A stretch of 64,000 bases of DNA from Pelomyxa schiedti. Lineage: Eukaryota > Protista > Evosea. Under the pieces are notes generated by a model. It was not told the DNA's origin and did no database searches. It worked only from the letters and a program-made list of their open reading frames with translations. The stretch covers positions 1 to 64,000 of the forward strand of contig JAHLWZ010000849.1 in NCBI GenBank assembly GCA_020536535.1, read 5' to 3'. Positions 23,848 through 36,597 of the stretch are shown piece by piece. Position 1 is the stretch's first letter. Each line of letters begins with the position of its first letter. The position numbers and the translations under genes were made by a program.

Positions 23848-24776
23848 TCAGGTTCTTTTCTTCTTTGCCGCTGCAGATTGCTTCCCTTTTGTTTGTGGTG
23901 TCTTGAAAACGTATGGGTCAACCAATGCCAACAGAGAGAAGAGGTTTGCCCACAGGCACCAGTTACTTCCATTGCTGTCTGTCAACAGTCCGTATGTCCA
24001 GGAACCCCACAGAATCCCAGAATATAGCACTCCAGCAAGGAATGGCCTCATGCCAAGCAGAAAAGGGTATGTCATGACAATAATAAAGAGGAAATACGAG
24101 CTCAGAGGAAGCTTGGTGGTTGTGAGAACTTGAACACTATACTCTAGAAGGAAGCACACCATTCGGCCCCACCATAGTAAATGGCCGCTAGGGGAAATAG
24201 TGGTGCAAGCCCATCTCCATTTCAAAAAGATTCCCCTCACCATAATTGCAGCGGTGTTGAACCAGGTAACACCAACTAGAATTCTAGTCCACCTGTATAT
24301 GCATAGTGACTAACAACGTATAAAATCTCCCAACTAATTCGATAAATTATAACAGCATGGAGAATGACCGAGGAAGATGGTACATACTTTCCCTTCATCA
24401 ACGGACTAGTGAGTTTTTTCCCACCACCGTACAAGGCAGCCAATGGCTCCAGAACTAAAGTAAGGGGAACCGCTATCTGAGTAACAGCAAAATTGAAGTC
24501 TGTGCAACCACATTCATTCACAACTGGACATCGCCCAAAGTCCCACCACAGTAAAGCCTCCACAAGCTGCATCCTGAAAGACACACCTGAGACATAAAAA
24601 CCCAAAGGCGGAGGAAAACAAAGAGACTTTGGGGGGAACTGAACTTACGAGGAGAAGGCAGCAAGAGTGATGGCGTTCCATCTGTCTCGATGCGTGGAAT
24701 TGCGCCAGAAACAGAGGGCAGATACGGACCATGACCACACCAATGTGCCCAGAGATACCTCGAAGGACCAGCACAT
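23848..24776 (-). CDS. Multi-pass membrane protein of the MCW(S/N)..S family (DUF5765-like)
   Basis: Spliced MCWSFEVSLGTLVWSWS...AFSS|MQLVEALLWW (intron 24574-24648), LVLEPLA, TTISPSGHLLWW, SNGSNWCLWAN; several hydrophobic helices. Confidence 0.65.
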
Positions 24777-25053
24777 CCTTTTTGCTTTTTTTATTTGTTT
24801 TTTTTTTTGTTTTGTTTGTTTCCGTACCTGGCGAGTTTTAATCTGGAGGACAGAAAAACTTTCGTATCATTCAAATAAGGAAGTAAAACTTGATCTTTAC
24901 ACTTTCCCTTGAATCTCTCTTCCTCCAAGCACCCATTGCTCCCAACATCGAATGTGGATTCGCCCCCAGTAGCAAAGACGGAACTTCCTCCAATCCAAGC
25001 AATCCAATCGCACCACTTTTTATTCTGAGCGAGCGCCTTTTGCCAAGGAGGAC

Positions 25054-25862
25054 ATGTCCAGCCCAACTGACCAAGGTCGCACTGCATCCAGTTGTGGTGC
25101 TGTCGTGGCGCCATCATCAACAGCCAACGATAGTGCTGCGACCACCGCGACGGCGTCGTCGTCGGTGAAGCGTCGCAGGACATCGTCGAGCGGGTGCTTC
25201 GAGACTACTGCCCAGCAAGAACCCCCTCCCCATCTTGAAAGTTCCAATGCGCCCATAACTTCTTCTTCGTCATCGTGCAGCGCTGCTTGTACTGCAACCG
25301 CAACTGCAAGTACGACGAAGGATACAGGCACTCAAAATGCGAATGCAACTGCAAATACAACTTCTACTCCGTCGTGCTCGTGTACGGTTGATGTATGGTT
25401 ATTTTTCCCCTATTGCCATTTATTCACTATTACTTGTGTATTGTTTAATAGGGACTGGAACATTATATGGGATTTCGCACAGCCAAAGGAAATGTTCTGG
25501 TTCCAAGCGAGCCACCCCGTGACATATTTCACTACGACGACGATGACGAAGTTCTGGACCCAAACAAGATCACAACCAACGTTCACTTCAAGACTGGCCT
25601 CAATGGTCGTGATCTGCCTCCTCCAGCTACGCAAACGGTGGAAAGGGTCATTAAGCTTTTTGAGGATCCAAAACCAACGGGTATGATAGGATAGGATGTA
25701 GTACTTAGGATGTAGTACTATTTTTAGTATATGTAGTGGACCTTTTATTGTACAAGTAAAAAGGGTTGTTTATTAACCCTCACGCTTATTTTTGCTTCAG
25801 ATTCTGCCCCATTTTCCAGGACATCCTCTGGTAAAGCAATGAAACCTTCCACTGTATCATAA
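25054..25862 (+). CDS. Small protein (~209 aa) with BRCA2-type BRC-like motifs
   Basis: Exons 25054-25392, 25452-25680 and 25801-25862 join in frame across GT-AG introns. Motifs MGFRTAKGNVLVPSE, HFKTGLNGRDLPPPATQTVERVIKLFED and PFSRTSSGKAMKPS; Ser/Thr-rich N-terminus with KRRR. Confidence 0.6.
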
Positions 25863-25955
25863 ATGTGTTGCGTGTTTTAATGTCAATAGATGCGTTTTTT
25901 TTATTTAAAAAAAGACTTTCTGGTTTTCTTGCTACTGTACAACAACAGAGACTGA

Positions 25956-28900
25956 TCAAAGATCAAGTTCCATAAGTGCTTGCAAGTGTGCTTGAATTGA
26001 CGTGTATAGGGCATTGGTTTTCACAGAAGTGTCATAGCCTCCCTCCAAGACAGTGATCAGCCTCCCTTCACAGTGCTTCGCTGCCAATTTCTATGAAAGG
26101 GTGAGGGGGCGTTTTTAAGGAAAACAAAAATAGTACCATTAAGTGACATGTCACTGTGTGGTAGTCAGCGGGGCTCAATTTCATTCCACGTGTGGGGTCA
26201 TCTTTATGTCCATCAAATCCAAGGCTTACAATAATCAAATCTAAATCCAGTGTTGAATGGTTTTTCGCTGTGATGGAGACTAGAGGGCATACTTGGGGCA
26301 AAGTTTTCCAGTGCCGGCAGCACTATTCCGCAGAAAGCGTCGAGGAATGTTGTTGAAGCACAGAATCTCTTGAGGGGTACGTTGAGTACGTTTGGTGCAT
26401 CAACGACTGGTCCGTCGTCATTCGCATCGAAGTTTGTGGAGCCTGACCCTCCACCGGTTCCAGGATAGAACCACTTCTTATTGTCATAAACATGAACTGA
26501 ACAAAAGAAGAAGTGGTTGTCATTTTGAAGAAGCTCTTCCGTTCCATTGCCGTGATGCTAGGGAATATATTAGTATGGAGGAGAGTCTGCGGGGAAACTT
26601 ACAACATCCAAGTCAATTACAGCAACTTTTGCTAGGCCAGCCTCATCCACTGCATACCGTGCTCCAATAGCCACATTATTTAAAATGCAAAATCCCTGTG
26701 ATGTAACTGCACTTGTGCGTCCACACCTCCCGACATGATGTCCTGGAGGACGCACGGCACAAAATGCCCTCTTGTATTTCTTTTGAGTAACAACGAGGTT
26801 GACTGCTTCGCAAACAGCACCAGCTGCTCGTAGAGCTGCCCTCGCAGTACCTGCTGAGACAAAGGTGTCAATGGAACCCTCTAAACCAGCATCATCCTCG
26901 CCGCCACCATTGGAATTGGTAGGTGGAGAAGAGGCTGTGGACGTGGAAGTGGCACTTGTAGTTCCAGTAGGAGAGGCAGCATTTGTGGTAGGATTCGAAT
27001 TTGCTGCTGCAGCTGAGGCACTATTTTGTGCTATCCTGAGCTCAGCATGCTTTGCAGTTCCCAGAACCGCACTAGGTTCATCCAATTCGTGTTTGGGAAG
27101 TGTGGCCATAAGTTCGTCTATGTAACTTATGTCATGAACTGCATGCAGACACTTGGTGGGGACCTCAGGAGGGTTGGATACAATTTCGAGCAGATGGGGA
27201 TACTGCATGTGGAGGCGGTTGACGGCCGATATGGCGGACTCTAGTCTAGCAGGTTGCTCAAAGTGGTGGAGTGGAACCTTGTATGTATGAATGAAAGGGA
27301 AACCAATTGAAGAAAGAAAACGAATACTTTGTGATGCAAACAATGGAGATGATACAAAGCTACTGTGGGAGGAACGGAATTTTCCAAGGAGTTCTTCGGA
27401 ACTGCTCTACTTCTAGTTAACAACTGAGGATGTGAAGAAAGAATACTCACCCAGAAGTTTTTAAGTCCGCTTCAATTGCAGCCAAGTTCAGTTGATAGCT
27501 CTGTAGTACCTCCAAGTCCCCAATGAATTTGTATAGCAAAGCAAATGCGTCCAATGTGGACTTGTTTTCCTCTTTTTGGTCCATTTTTTTTTTTAGCATG
27601 TGCATCTCCTTACTCTATCAAATAGGTAAGCCTGGCTGGAGTAGTAGACAGAATTCTTTCACCTTAGCCTTTTCTTCTGCAATTTTTTCACGTATAACAC
27701 CTAAATTTCGACTGATGATTTGTTCTCTCTCACGCAAAGTGGAAATGGCGGTTTCCTCTTTTGAGTCATCAAAAGGTGCTGATGGTGAGACTATGTTTTC
27801 TTTCTCAATTGCTTGAAGTTCGGCTATACTTTGCCGTATCTGTATTTTTCTGTAAGGAGTGGATCTAGTCCTTAAATTACCTTGTGATTTTCGGTAATCC
27901 GATGGTCCAACAGCCTGTCAATGATGAAGTATTTAATTTTTAGAGCTTGAATTGTTCCTGCTGATTGTGTATCCTCAGGAGACCTCATCTAAAAGATAAT
28001 GTGAGAACTTTTATATCTCCTTGGTAATGTGAGATACAGCAGTGATACTGCGACTGATTAACTGAGCTAGCTGCTTCATCTCAACACATAGCTCAGGATC
28101 ACCACTGAGGATATTTTCAATGTCCGAGAGAGTGAGAAAAGAAGTTAATTCTCCAAGTAATTGCCTTTCTTGCGGAGGTATTTCGACAGTACTACAGACT
28201 TTTCTTAGTAAAGGGATAGAATAGACGAAGTGCACCTTAAAGCCTCGGACTCTGCTGTAACAAGGTCATTGATTGAGTTTACATCTGGAACCTCGAGCGG
28301 CTGAGATGGAGGTAATGGCAAACCAATGATGGACTGAGATGTGTTAGGAACTGTGGTGACGCCTTGTGGCGCCTCCTGTAGTGGGAAGTTGTCTGGCTTG
28401 ATGGGATGGAAACTGGAATTTTGGCTCTTGTGAAGATGGTGTTTCGAGGACTTTTTATCAGTTTTGCTTGACGATCCTGCCGGAAATGGACCCTCTGTGT
28501 CTTCTTTCTTGTTCCTTTTTTTTGTGGGCACATTGTCGCTGTCAGAAGCCGAGAGGATACTGTGTTGCACTCCACCTTTACTGCGAGTCTTCTTGTTATT
28601 GCCGCGAGTGGATTTATATTTGATCTTCAGTTCTTTCACTCCTGCGGCAAGTTTCTGATTGACAGCTTCAATAACGGTCTCTCTATCTCGGAGCTTTCCC
28701 GATCGTTCACATTCCAAACATACCCAACAACGCCATCCCTGGGAGATGCGCAATTGGTCGAAGTTTTGCACATCAAAAATGGGTTGAGCCACATTTGGTC
28801 GTGTGAGGTTGTCAATACAGTAGTGGCAAAAAACAAATGGGCACTGTGGATTTGTGCAGGCTATAAGCTCTTGTGCAGCTCCTGTATGAATTGCAGAGTA

Positions 28901-30632
28901 GCCAAGGCATATCGCGCACACAGTGTCCTTGTAATGAGGTACCTTGGAATTGGTAACAGCTCCAGATACTGGGCGCGTGGTTCTGCAGTCATCCAAAGTT
29001 GTAGCTCCGCTCATGGCTTCGGCGCCATTCGGAGGAGGGACAACTGATGCCGCGGAACCAGAGATGTTCTGGGAGGGAGCATCAAGACTTGAAGTCAAAG
29101 AGGAAGTGTTTGGAGTGGCACTAGTATCATTGCTCACAGTGGATATACAGTTTTCAGTGCAAAGTTTTCTGGACTGAACACATTGAAACAGTAGCCCTTC
29201 CACGTGACTCAAGTGATCATGGCACACATGTACAAAAAAGGGACGAGTGAGGTGAAGATTCCTATCGGCACTGACACAATTGCCAAAAAGGCAGCTGCGC
29301 ACAGTGCGGGGTCTCTTTGGAAGTGGAGGGGTAGGAGCAAGATTGCAAAGAGGGGATTGCACAGAGGCACTTGAATGCGATGATGAATCAAGGGCGAGAT
29401 CTTCAGGAAGAGGTAATCCACGTTCCTCCCAGTCATCAGCAGTCACATCAGGTGGTTGTGGGGAAAGCTGTGTCCGCATAAATTTTTGGTTGAAAAGAAA
29501 AAAAAAAGCTAAACCTGTGCTTGAGTTGGCGGAATGGAAGTGTAACACACTCCGGGTCTGTTACTACTTGGTTGTGTATTGGAAGGTGTTGAAGTATCGT
29601 TTCCAGGGAGGATGCTTGTAATAGAAGTTTGCTTCTTTTTTGTGAAAGACGCATAATGCTCGGCACACAATTGTCGGTGTATTACGTCAGTTCTGAAACG
29701 GGTTCCAGGGGCTGTCCACCTCTTTCTTGGTTTGTGTGCAGTGGCTTTATGAGAACAGCCGACCAAACAACACACCAAATGGCTTACTCCCTCCATGAAA
29801 TGGCGTTGGCATATAGACCTGCCCAAATTTGTGACTCTACGTGGCTACTTTTCATCAAGTATAACATTTAGCTCATATCTCTCTATTTTATTTTTTCCGG
29901 TTTTAACTCACTGCAGAACAGTGGGATTTTAGGAATATACAATGATAATCACCACACAAGTCCAAAAAGTACAAACCAAGTTTGGGGAAGCTCACGCCTC
30001 ATGCAACCCTTGATCATAAAAGTACCATCAATAGTAGACAGTGGGTAAGCAGCCTTATCGAAACACCTCTGGATGCAGCACGTTCCAGCACTGGCACCAG
30101 CCCTGCTCCTCCCCCCCTTACCACCGCTACTTGTACTTATGGGTGCAACTGTAGTAGATGTGTGCGGTTGAGCGTGTGTGGGTGCGATTGGTGGTGCCAT
30201 TGCCACTGAATTTGACGCAGCAGGCACATCAACACCAACACCAACGGGAACAGGTTCTGATGTTGATGTTTGTGTTGGCGTGGATCCGGCATTAGTGTTT
30301 GTGGCAATACCCCCCATGGTCACGCTCCCTCCATCCACCACCATCCCCGTGTTGGTGCTGGGGCTGGTGCTGGTGTGATTGGTGATTATGGGACTGGCCA
30401 CGTTGGGGTCGGACGTTGCAGTGGGATCGTGGGGGACTGGTGACTGTTGCTGTTGCTGTTGCTGGGGGTGCGACGTCGTTGCTGGCGTGGCCGGGGCAGC
30501 ATTCCCCGGCGCAAGGGTTGGGGGCGAGCACGAGGACATGGACGGGGACGGGGACGCAGTTATGGGAGGCGGGGTGGGGTTGGTGGTGCTGTCTGAGACC
30601 AACAGGGGCGGTGCTGCCGCCGTTGTTGACAT
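25956..30632 (-). CDS. Zn-dependent histone deacetylase (class II/Hos3-like) with N-terminal C2CH zinc fingers, ADD-type PHD finger and coiled coil
   Basis: HDAC motifs HHFEQPARL, RPPGHH, QGFCILNNVAIGA, IDLDV|HHGNGTEE, SLGFDGHKDDP, LEGGY. PHD CAIC...LIACTNPQCPFVFCHYCI...WRCWVC. C2CH units CCIQRC...ICQRHF and CCLVGC...LCAEHY. Confidence 0.9.
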
Positions 30633-30978
30633 TTCGTCGTAGTCGCTGGGGTTGGCGCAGATGGTGGGTTGTTTTTGGTATGTGGCGGCCGTCGTCGTTG
30701 TTGGCCTCACTTTGAGGGTATGAAATTTTTTTGTTTGTGTTGCGTGGTTTTCTTGGGTTGCTTTTTTGCTTTTTTTGTTTTTTTCCTCTTTGCGGCCTTT
30801 TTGTTGGTTTTTTGTCCAGGAAAACAGGAATTGTGATGAAGTGTTAATGAGATCCACCTTCTCCGAAATGAACAAGGTTCGGTCTTTATATGTACGTGTT
30901 GTGCAATTGCTTGTTGCTTTACAGGCGACCCCAATTGCTTGTCTTTTGGTTATCTTTTCGTTGTTTGTGTGAGGGCAT

Positions 30979-33900
30979 TTACATGCAGGGTGAGTGTTCC
31001 CCTTGGTTGTTTATTTGTGTTGTGAGGCCTATGTGAGGGGGTGGTGGGTTTGATGATACTGCCAGGATCCAGAATGTGGCACATGCATGGTGGCACACTG
31101 TGTCCTCGTACATACACAGGGAAGCCAGTGGAGTGCTGGGGAGTGGTAGCATGCACACTGGGCATGTGGGAGGCTGCGGTGGTGTCAGTGTTGTTGCCGC
31201 CGGTGTGGGTGTGGGTGTTTCCGTTGGCGTTGCGGCCGATTCCGGTGGTGGGAAGTTGTGGTGGCACAAGCACTCTGTGTCGGCATCTTCGCTCGTACCA
31301 GCGCCACAAATCCGGTCCTACAAACCACGTGAAATGAGGAATAATAGGAGACAACGAAGCTAACCATGATTTCGACGAGATCATATTTGCTGCATAGTAG
31401 TATAAACTCGTCCCACAGATCAGTACATGAGACTAGAGTAGCAGCCAAAGCACCGTCATTGTACATGTTTGCTTCAGGCCAGCGAGCTACACAACAATCA
31501 ACTCTCTGGTGGACACTGTGAACAATGTGTACCCCTGCATTTCAAGTCAAGTATTATTGGGGTGTAAAGAAATTACATGTAAAAACTTGAATCCAGAGCT
31601 GTTCTGGGAGTGCCTTTACAATGTCAAGCTTCCTCTTCTTGAACACTTTGCATGTTTCCTCGAGCTTAGCTAGGCATTGTTCTAGCTGTTCTTTGCAACT
31701 GGAGAAAAAAATTAGTAAAGGAGGACCTAAGAATTATGGCCTACCTTTTTGCAGTCATTTCAAGTTGGTATAGAGTACTTTTGTCAGGAATGCTGTTTGT
31801 TTCAGGTTTTTCGGGTTCTACATCTTGGTCGCACTGATTCTGGTCAACTTCAATTCCGCTCTGAGATAATCCCTCAGGTGTAGATACGACCAGAGAAGCA
31901 AAAATGGCTTCAAGTTTAGAAACAGCACATAAGAACTGACTTCCAAACTCTTCTGGACTATAGTTTTTAACATGGCTGGAGAGGGGTACACTGGAGCTAT
32001 AATGAATGGTTAAGAAGGTATTACCACAGAAGCTTGGATGGTACAATAGTTCTTGTCTTATATAATTGCAGGAAATTGTGTGCAACAACGAGGTACATTG
32101 TAAGCAGTAATCTGAAAGCTGCTCCAACACTTGGTGAGACTGCTCCACAGATTTCTCGATGTCCTTCGAATGCGAATGACTGTTGGTAGGAAGGTTGATT
32201 GGAGTATATGTACCTGGGTGCCAAAAAATTTGGAAGAAAGGAGAGTTGACAATGACGCTGGTTCTAAAGTAATTTGATCAATATCCAATTGACTCCATTC
32301 TTTTATTTTAGAAACTGGGCTTTCGAGTGCTTGCCTCAAAGCCCTGGTGTAGTTAGAAATCAATGTAAAGGTTTTGAAGAAATACTGTATTTCAGGTCTT
32401 AGAGACAAGGCGTCTTCCAGTCTATCTTCGAGTTTTGCCGATTTATATTCTGACTCTTTCTCCGACAGACTGATTTCATCCTGTTCAGGCTCAAAGTTAG
32501 ACCTAATCACTTCCGCTACAAAATGAAACCTGGATGTACTTCATGCACACAATAGCATCTTCAAACCTTTCCAGTTTGATTAAGGTTATCAATGTGTCCT
32601 TTGCAGTTGACTTCCAATTAGACAGTTTGACAGACTGGTGTGGAGTGGTGTGGTGACAACTCAGCTCAGGCAAATTAGTACCTGAAGCTTCAGGGGTGGT
32701 ACTGCAACAAAACTTGGGTTGTGTGGAATCAAACTCTTGCTGGCTTTCTTTCGTGTCACATTCCACTTCACCCGCTCCATGAACAACTACTTCAGCACCA
32801 GGGAGTGGTGTTTGGGAAATGTCCGAAGATGTACTTTCCTGCGGGTGAACGGCTACTTCAGAATCCACTTCAATTTCCGATTGCTGCGAGGAACAGGCAG
32901 ATTGATGGGGCTGCTCAAGGGATGGAGATTTCAATTGTTCCTGAGGGGCATTATCGGTGGGTTTTTCATTTGCACCAACTTCAGTATCAACTTCATGGTC
33001 ACTCACTGGTGCTGTCGAGTCTGGATTTGAGGAGGCTGTGGTATGGTGGGCAGATATTTCTGGAGGTGACTTCGCCACTGTTTTTGATGTTTTTGGCTGG
33101 TCGGTGGAAGGTGGTGTCTCTGGTGTTAGTTTCTGAGGTGACACAATGGATGAAGCAGGGGTGATTATGTATCTTTCCAAGTTTAATTTTGGTTTTGGTG
33201 GGGCAATTCTGATTACTTTAGGTTTTTGCCTTGGAGGAGGCCGTTCTGGGGGATGAGCGCGAGACTTAACAGTAGATGAATTGTTGGAGACGCTACTGAC
33301 GTTCTCAGTTGATGACTGAGCATCTTGAAAATCTCCAAAATCGGCAACCCAATCTTGAGCCGATGGTACAACGAAAACCTCCTTTGGTTTCACCACTTCA
33401 ACCACCACTGGCGTATTAGAACTGTTCAGCACACCTGAGGAGGGGAAGTCTACAGTGTTTGGAAGTGCAAGACCTGCTTGGTCGTGATACTCTGCATGGG
33501 GAGAGGGAAAGTAGGCAAGAGGTAGGTTACTGTCAGTATCCTCAAGTTCTGGTGTTTGGACCGCAGCTGTAGTTTTTACTGTAGTCTCCGTAGCTGTAGT
33601 TGTAGCTGGCTCTGCTGATGACGACCCCCATCCAAACCATGCTGCAAGTCGACTGGTGGTACTTTTTGGGGCTGTAGAGGGCTGGACACTGGCAGTAGTT
33701 GCCGGAGGTTGTGCAGGCTGCATGATATGTGTGGATGTGGAATGTGCGTCTGGTGATAAAGGATTCCTAGCTGGCATCGTTTGACTTAAATTTCTTTGAC
33801 TTGGTGTGGGACGTGGTTTAGATAGTGTGCTGTTTCGCATGGCTGTTTTCAAAGCCTCAACTTTTTTGTCAGGTTGCTTCATTTCAGCTGATGGGGGTTC

Positions 33901-36153
33901 CTTTTTAGGTTTGGGAACTGAAACCGGAAAGGAAGCGTCGAATTTGGCATCTCTGAGTTCCTGCCCTGTAGTCTCCTTGGTTTCTTCAGTATCACAGTAG
34001 TCCAAATATCCTTCAGGGGCGTTTTTGGCAAGCTCATATTCCAATTGCTTTTCTGCTGTACTAACTGAAGCAGGCGTCGTCGTATCAGGTCTAGGTTCAC
34101 TGGTCCTTCCACTTACAGCATCCAAGAGGGGTTTTGGAATTTTTAGTTTTGAGTTGGCCAATGGGTCAACAAATTTCTTGGAGGTTGTTGCTGGTACAGC
34201 ACCAATAAAGCGACGGTACTTCTCTGGAGCACACATTTGAACGTATTTGTCTTGCATTGCTGTCAAAACTTCCTCAGGGACCTCTTCTCTGTCTCTGGAT
34301 TCCTCCCCTGAGTCACACTCTTCACCTGCCTGTTGATGCTGATTGGATTGCGGCTGGAGATCATTGTCATCAAGAAATAGTGCTAAATTCTGCTCATCTG
34401 GGTCAACAGTCGGCAGATCTTGATAAGAAGCATGAGGCATTTCTTTGGCTTTGGAAGGTTGGTTGGGGGTGGATGTCGTGGAACCACCCCAGCCAAAAAT
34501 CCCTGAAACTGAACCAGAAAGAAGAGACCAAGTAGAGGTGGTAACTGACGCGGCGGCGGAGCCTACAGTTGCTGCTGCAGAGTAGATATAAGATGGGGAT
34601 GGAGTTGGTGTATTTGTTGCATGGGCAAGTGAATTGACTGAAGGGCGACTTGATGGGGTGCTGACTGTACTAAGAGGTGTGAGAGATGGGGTTGTGAGAA
34701 AGTGAATCATTTGGTTATTTTGTATGGCCCTCTCAGCACCAAGTTCATATAAATCTTCAACTGTGGTCACTCTAGAGTGGTTGGCTGGTTAGGGAACACC
34801 GAGTTAGATAACATTCAATATTTGTTGATAAACAAAGAAGAGGGAAAAATTGAAAGCACATAACAGAATTGATCAAACGTACGATTTGTCAGATCTCTTG
34901 GAAGATTTCTTTGGTGGTCTTTGTTCTCCAGCACCAGTTCTCTCCCATTGGATTGTGTTGCCATCATCCAATTCCTCAGTTTCTTTTGCAACTGTGGTAG
35001 CTTCTACCTCTCGATTTTGTGTTGGGATTTGACTTGAACTGGTCTCTGGCTTGTCTGCCTCGTAGTTTTGCTTTGATTTCCCAGATTTCTTCTTACGAGG
35101 CTGGGAAGGAAGTTCCTCCTCGCGTTTCCGCGAAGTGCTGTGCCTGGAATGCTTCTTCTTCCTCCCCTCGCTCGCAGCAGGTACATCATCCCAGTAAGAC
35201 CGTGGAGGGTGCCTCTCATACCTGTCGTAGTAGCTCGGAAGCCTCCTGGGGGCAGGCGGGGGCCCGACCCTCAGCTCCGCGATGATGCGCTCCTGCTCGC
35301 GCAGTGCCCTGTCGTACTGTGACATAGTGCCCCCGCGTACAGCCTCCTCGCTACTGCTGCTCGTGCTCGAGTCTGGCCCGCCACTGTCGTTTTCGTCATC
35401 GTCACTATCACTCTTGGCTGCCGCCGCCTTGGCGGGCTTAACCTGCTGCTGCTGATGCTGCCTCTTTGGTACAGGTGCTGGGCGTGTGAACCGCGGCTTG
35501 TCGCTGTCGGACCCCCCGTCACCCTCGTTTTCTCCTTCACCTGCCCCACTTGCGGAGTCGTTCCCGTCATCCTCCTCTGTTTGTTGTTGTTGTTGCTGCT
35601 GCTGCTGTTGTATTCGCTGCTGCTTGGGGATTGTCCGCTGAGCCGGGCCGCGAGAATCTCCCTGCTGCCTGGGCGGCTCCGCTCTCGGCCTCACGCCCCC
35701 TTGCTGCACCTGTTGGCTGTGCTGCTGCTGGTGGATCTCCTGTTGTTCCTCGTACTGTAGCCGTTGTTGCCTCTGCTGAGGGGGGCGCTGCTGTTGGGGG
35801 GGCTGGCGGGACGATGACAGGGAGTGAGGAGCGCGAGGAGGCGGTTGTTGTTGGTGGTGGTGCTGCTGCTGTTGCGGTTGTGTCTGGGATGGGGATGGGG
35901 AGATCAAAGAGTCCAAGATTGAGAACACATCTTCAGTGCTGCGGTCCTAAGGGGGAAAAAAGAGGTAATTAAGCGCAACCATTTGGGCCGGGGGTGCGGT
36001 GTTAACCTGTGCCGATCGGCTGGGCGCGGCTACGGCCGAATCGTGGGTTGCGCGCGGGGCCTCCTGTGGTTGGGCGGGGGCCTGGGGTTGGGGCAGGGGA
36101 GTAGTGCCAAACAACAGGTCGTCCAACACGTTGCGCTGCGTGGCACCCCGCAT
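30979..36153 (-). CDS. Gamma-synergin-like AP-1 accessory protein (large, low complexity)
   Basis: Exons include 34873-35928 and 32503-34770. ADFGDFQDA fits the gamma-ear binding motif. The C-terminal CPVCMLPL...YEDTVCHHACATFWILAVSSNPP resembles the synergin-gamma tail (C..C.L...YH..CANFW.N.V). Confidence 0.6.
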
Positions 36154-36597
36154 CGTGGTGATGACGAGGCGTAATTAATTTCTTGATGAACATCTGGTAT
36201 CTACCGAATCCCAATCACCCCCAAACAGAGTGTGACCCGGTACTTGTGCCATAATGGAGCTCGGGAAGTGGAGTAGTTGCAGAAAAGCAATCTTCAGTAT
36301 CTTTCTCATTGCTTCTGAGTTCGCATGGCTTTACCTGTTGGTGGGTTGCGGCAGGTGTGGAACCAGAGGAGCTCAAATCCTTTGGAATTAAGGGTACCCT
36401 TTCTTTTATTACATATAAATAACCCCTTGACACAAAAAACGGGTTGTTTTTTTTGTTCTCTTGCTTCATTCTACAGTTTACATTTCAAAATGGTGTTACC
36501 TCTTATAAGGAGGGGGTTCTAGACTTCAGGGGTTCTCTCCCTGAAAGAAATGGATGAAGGTATGGAACAATCAGTGATGATGGTGTCTGCCTGGCGA

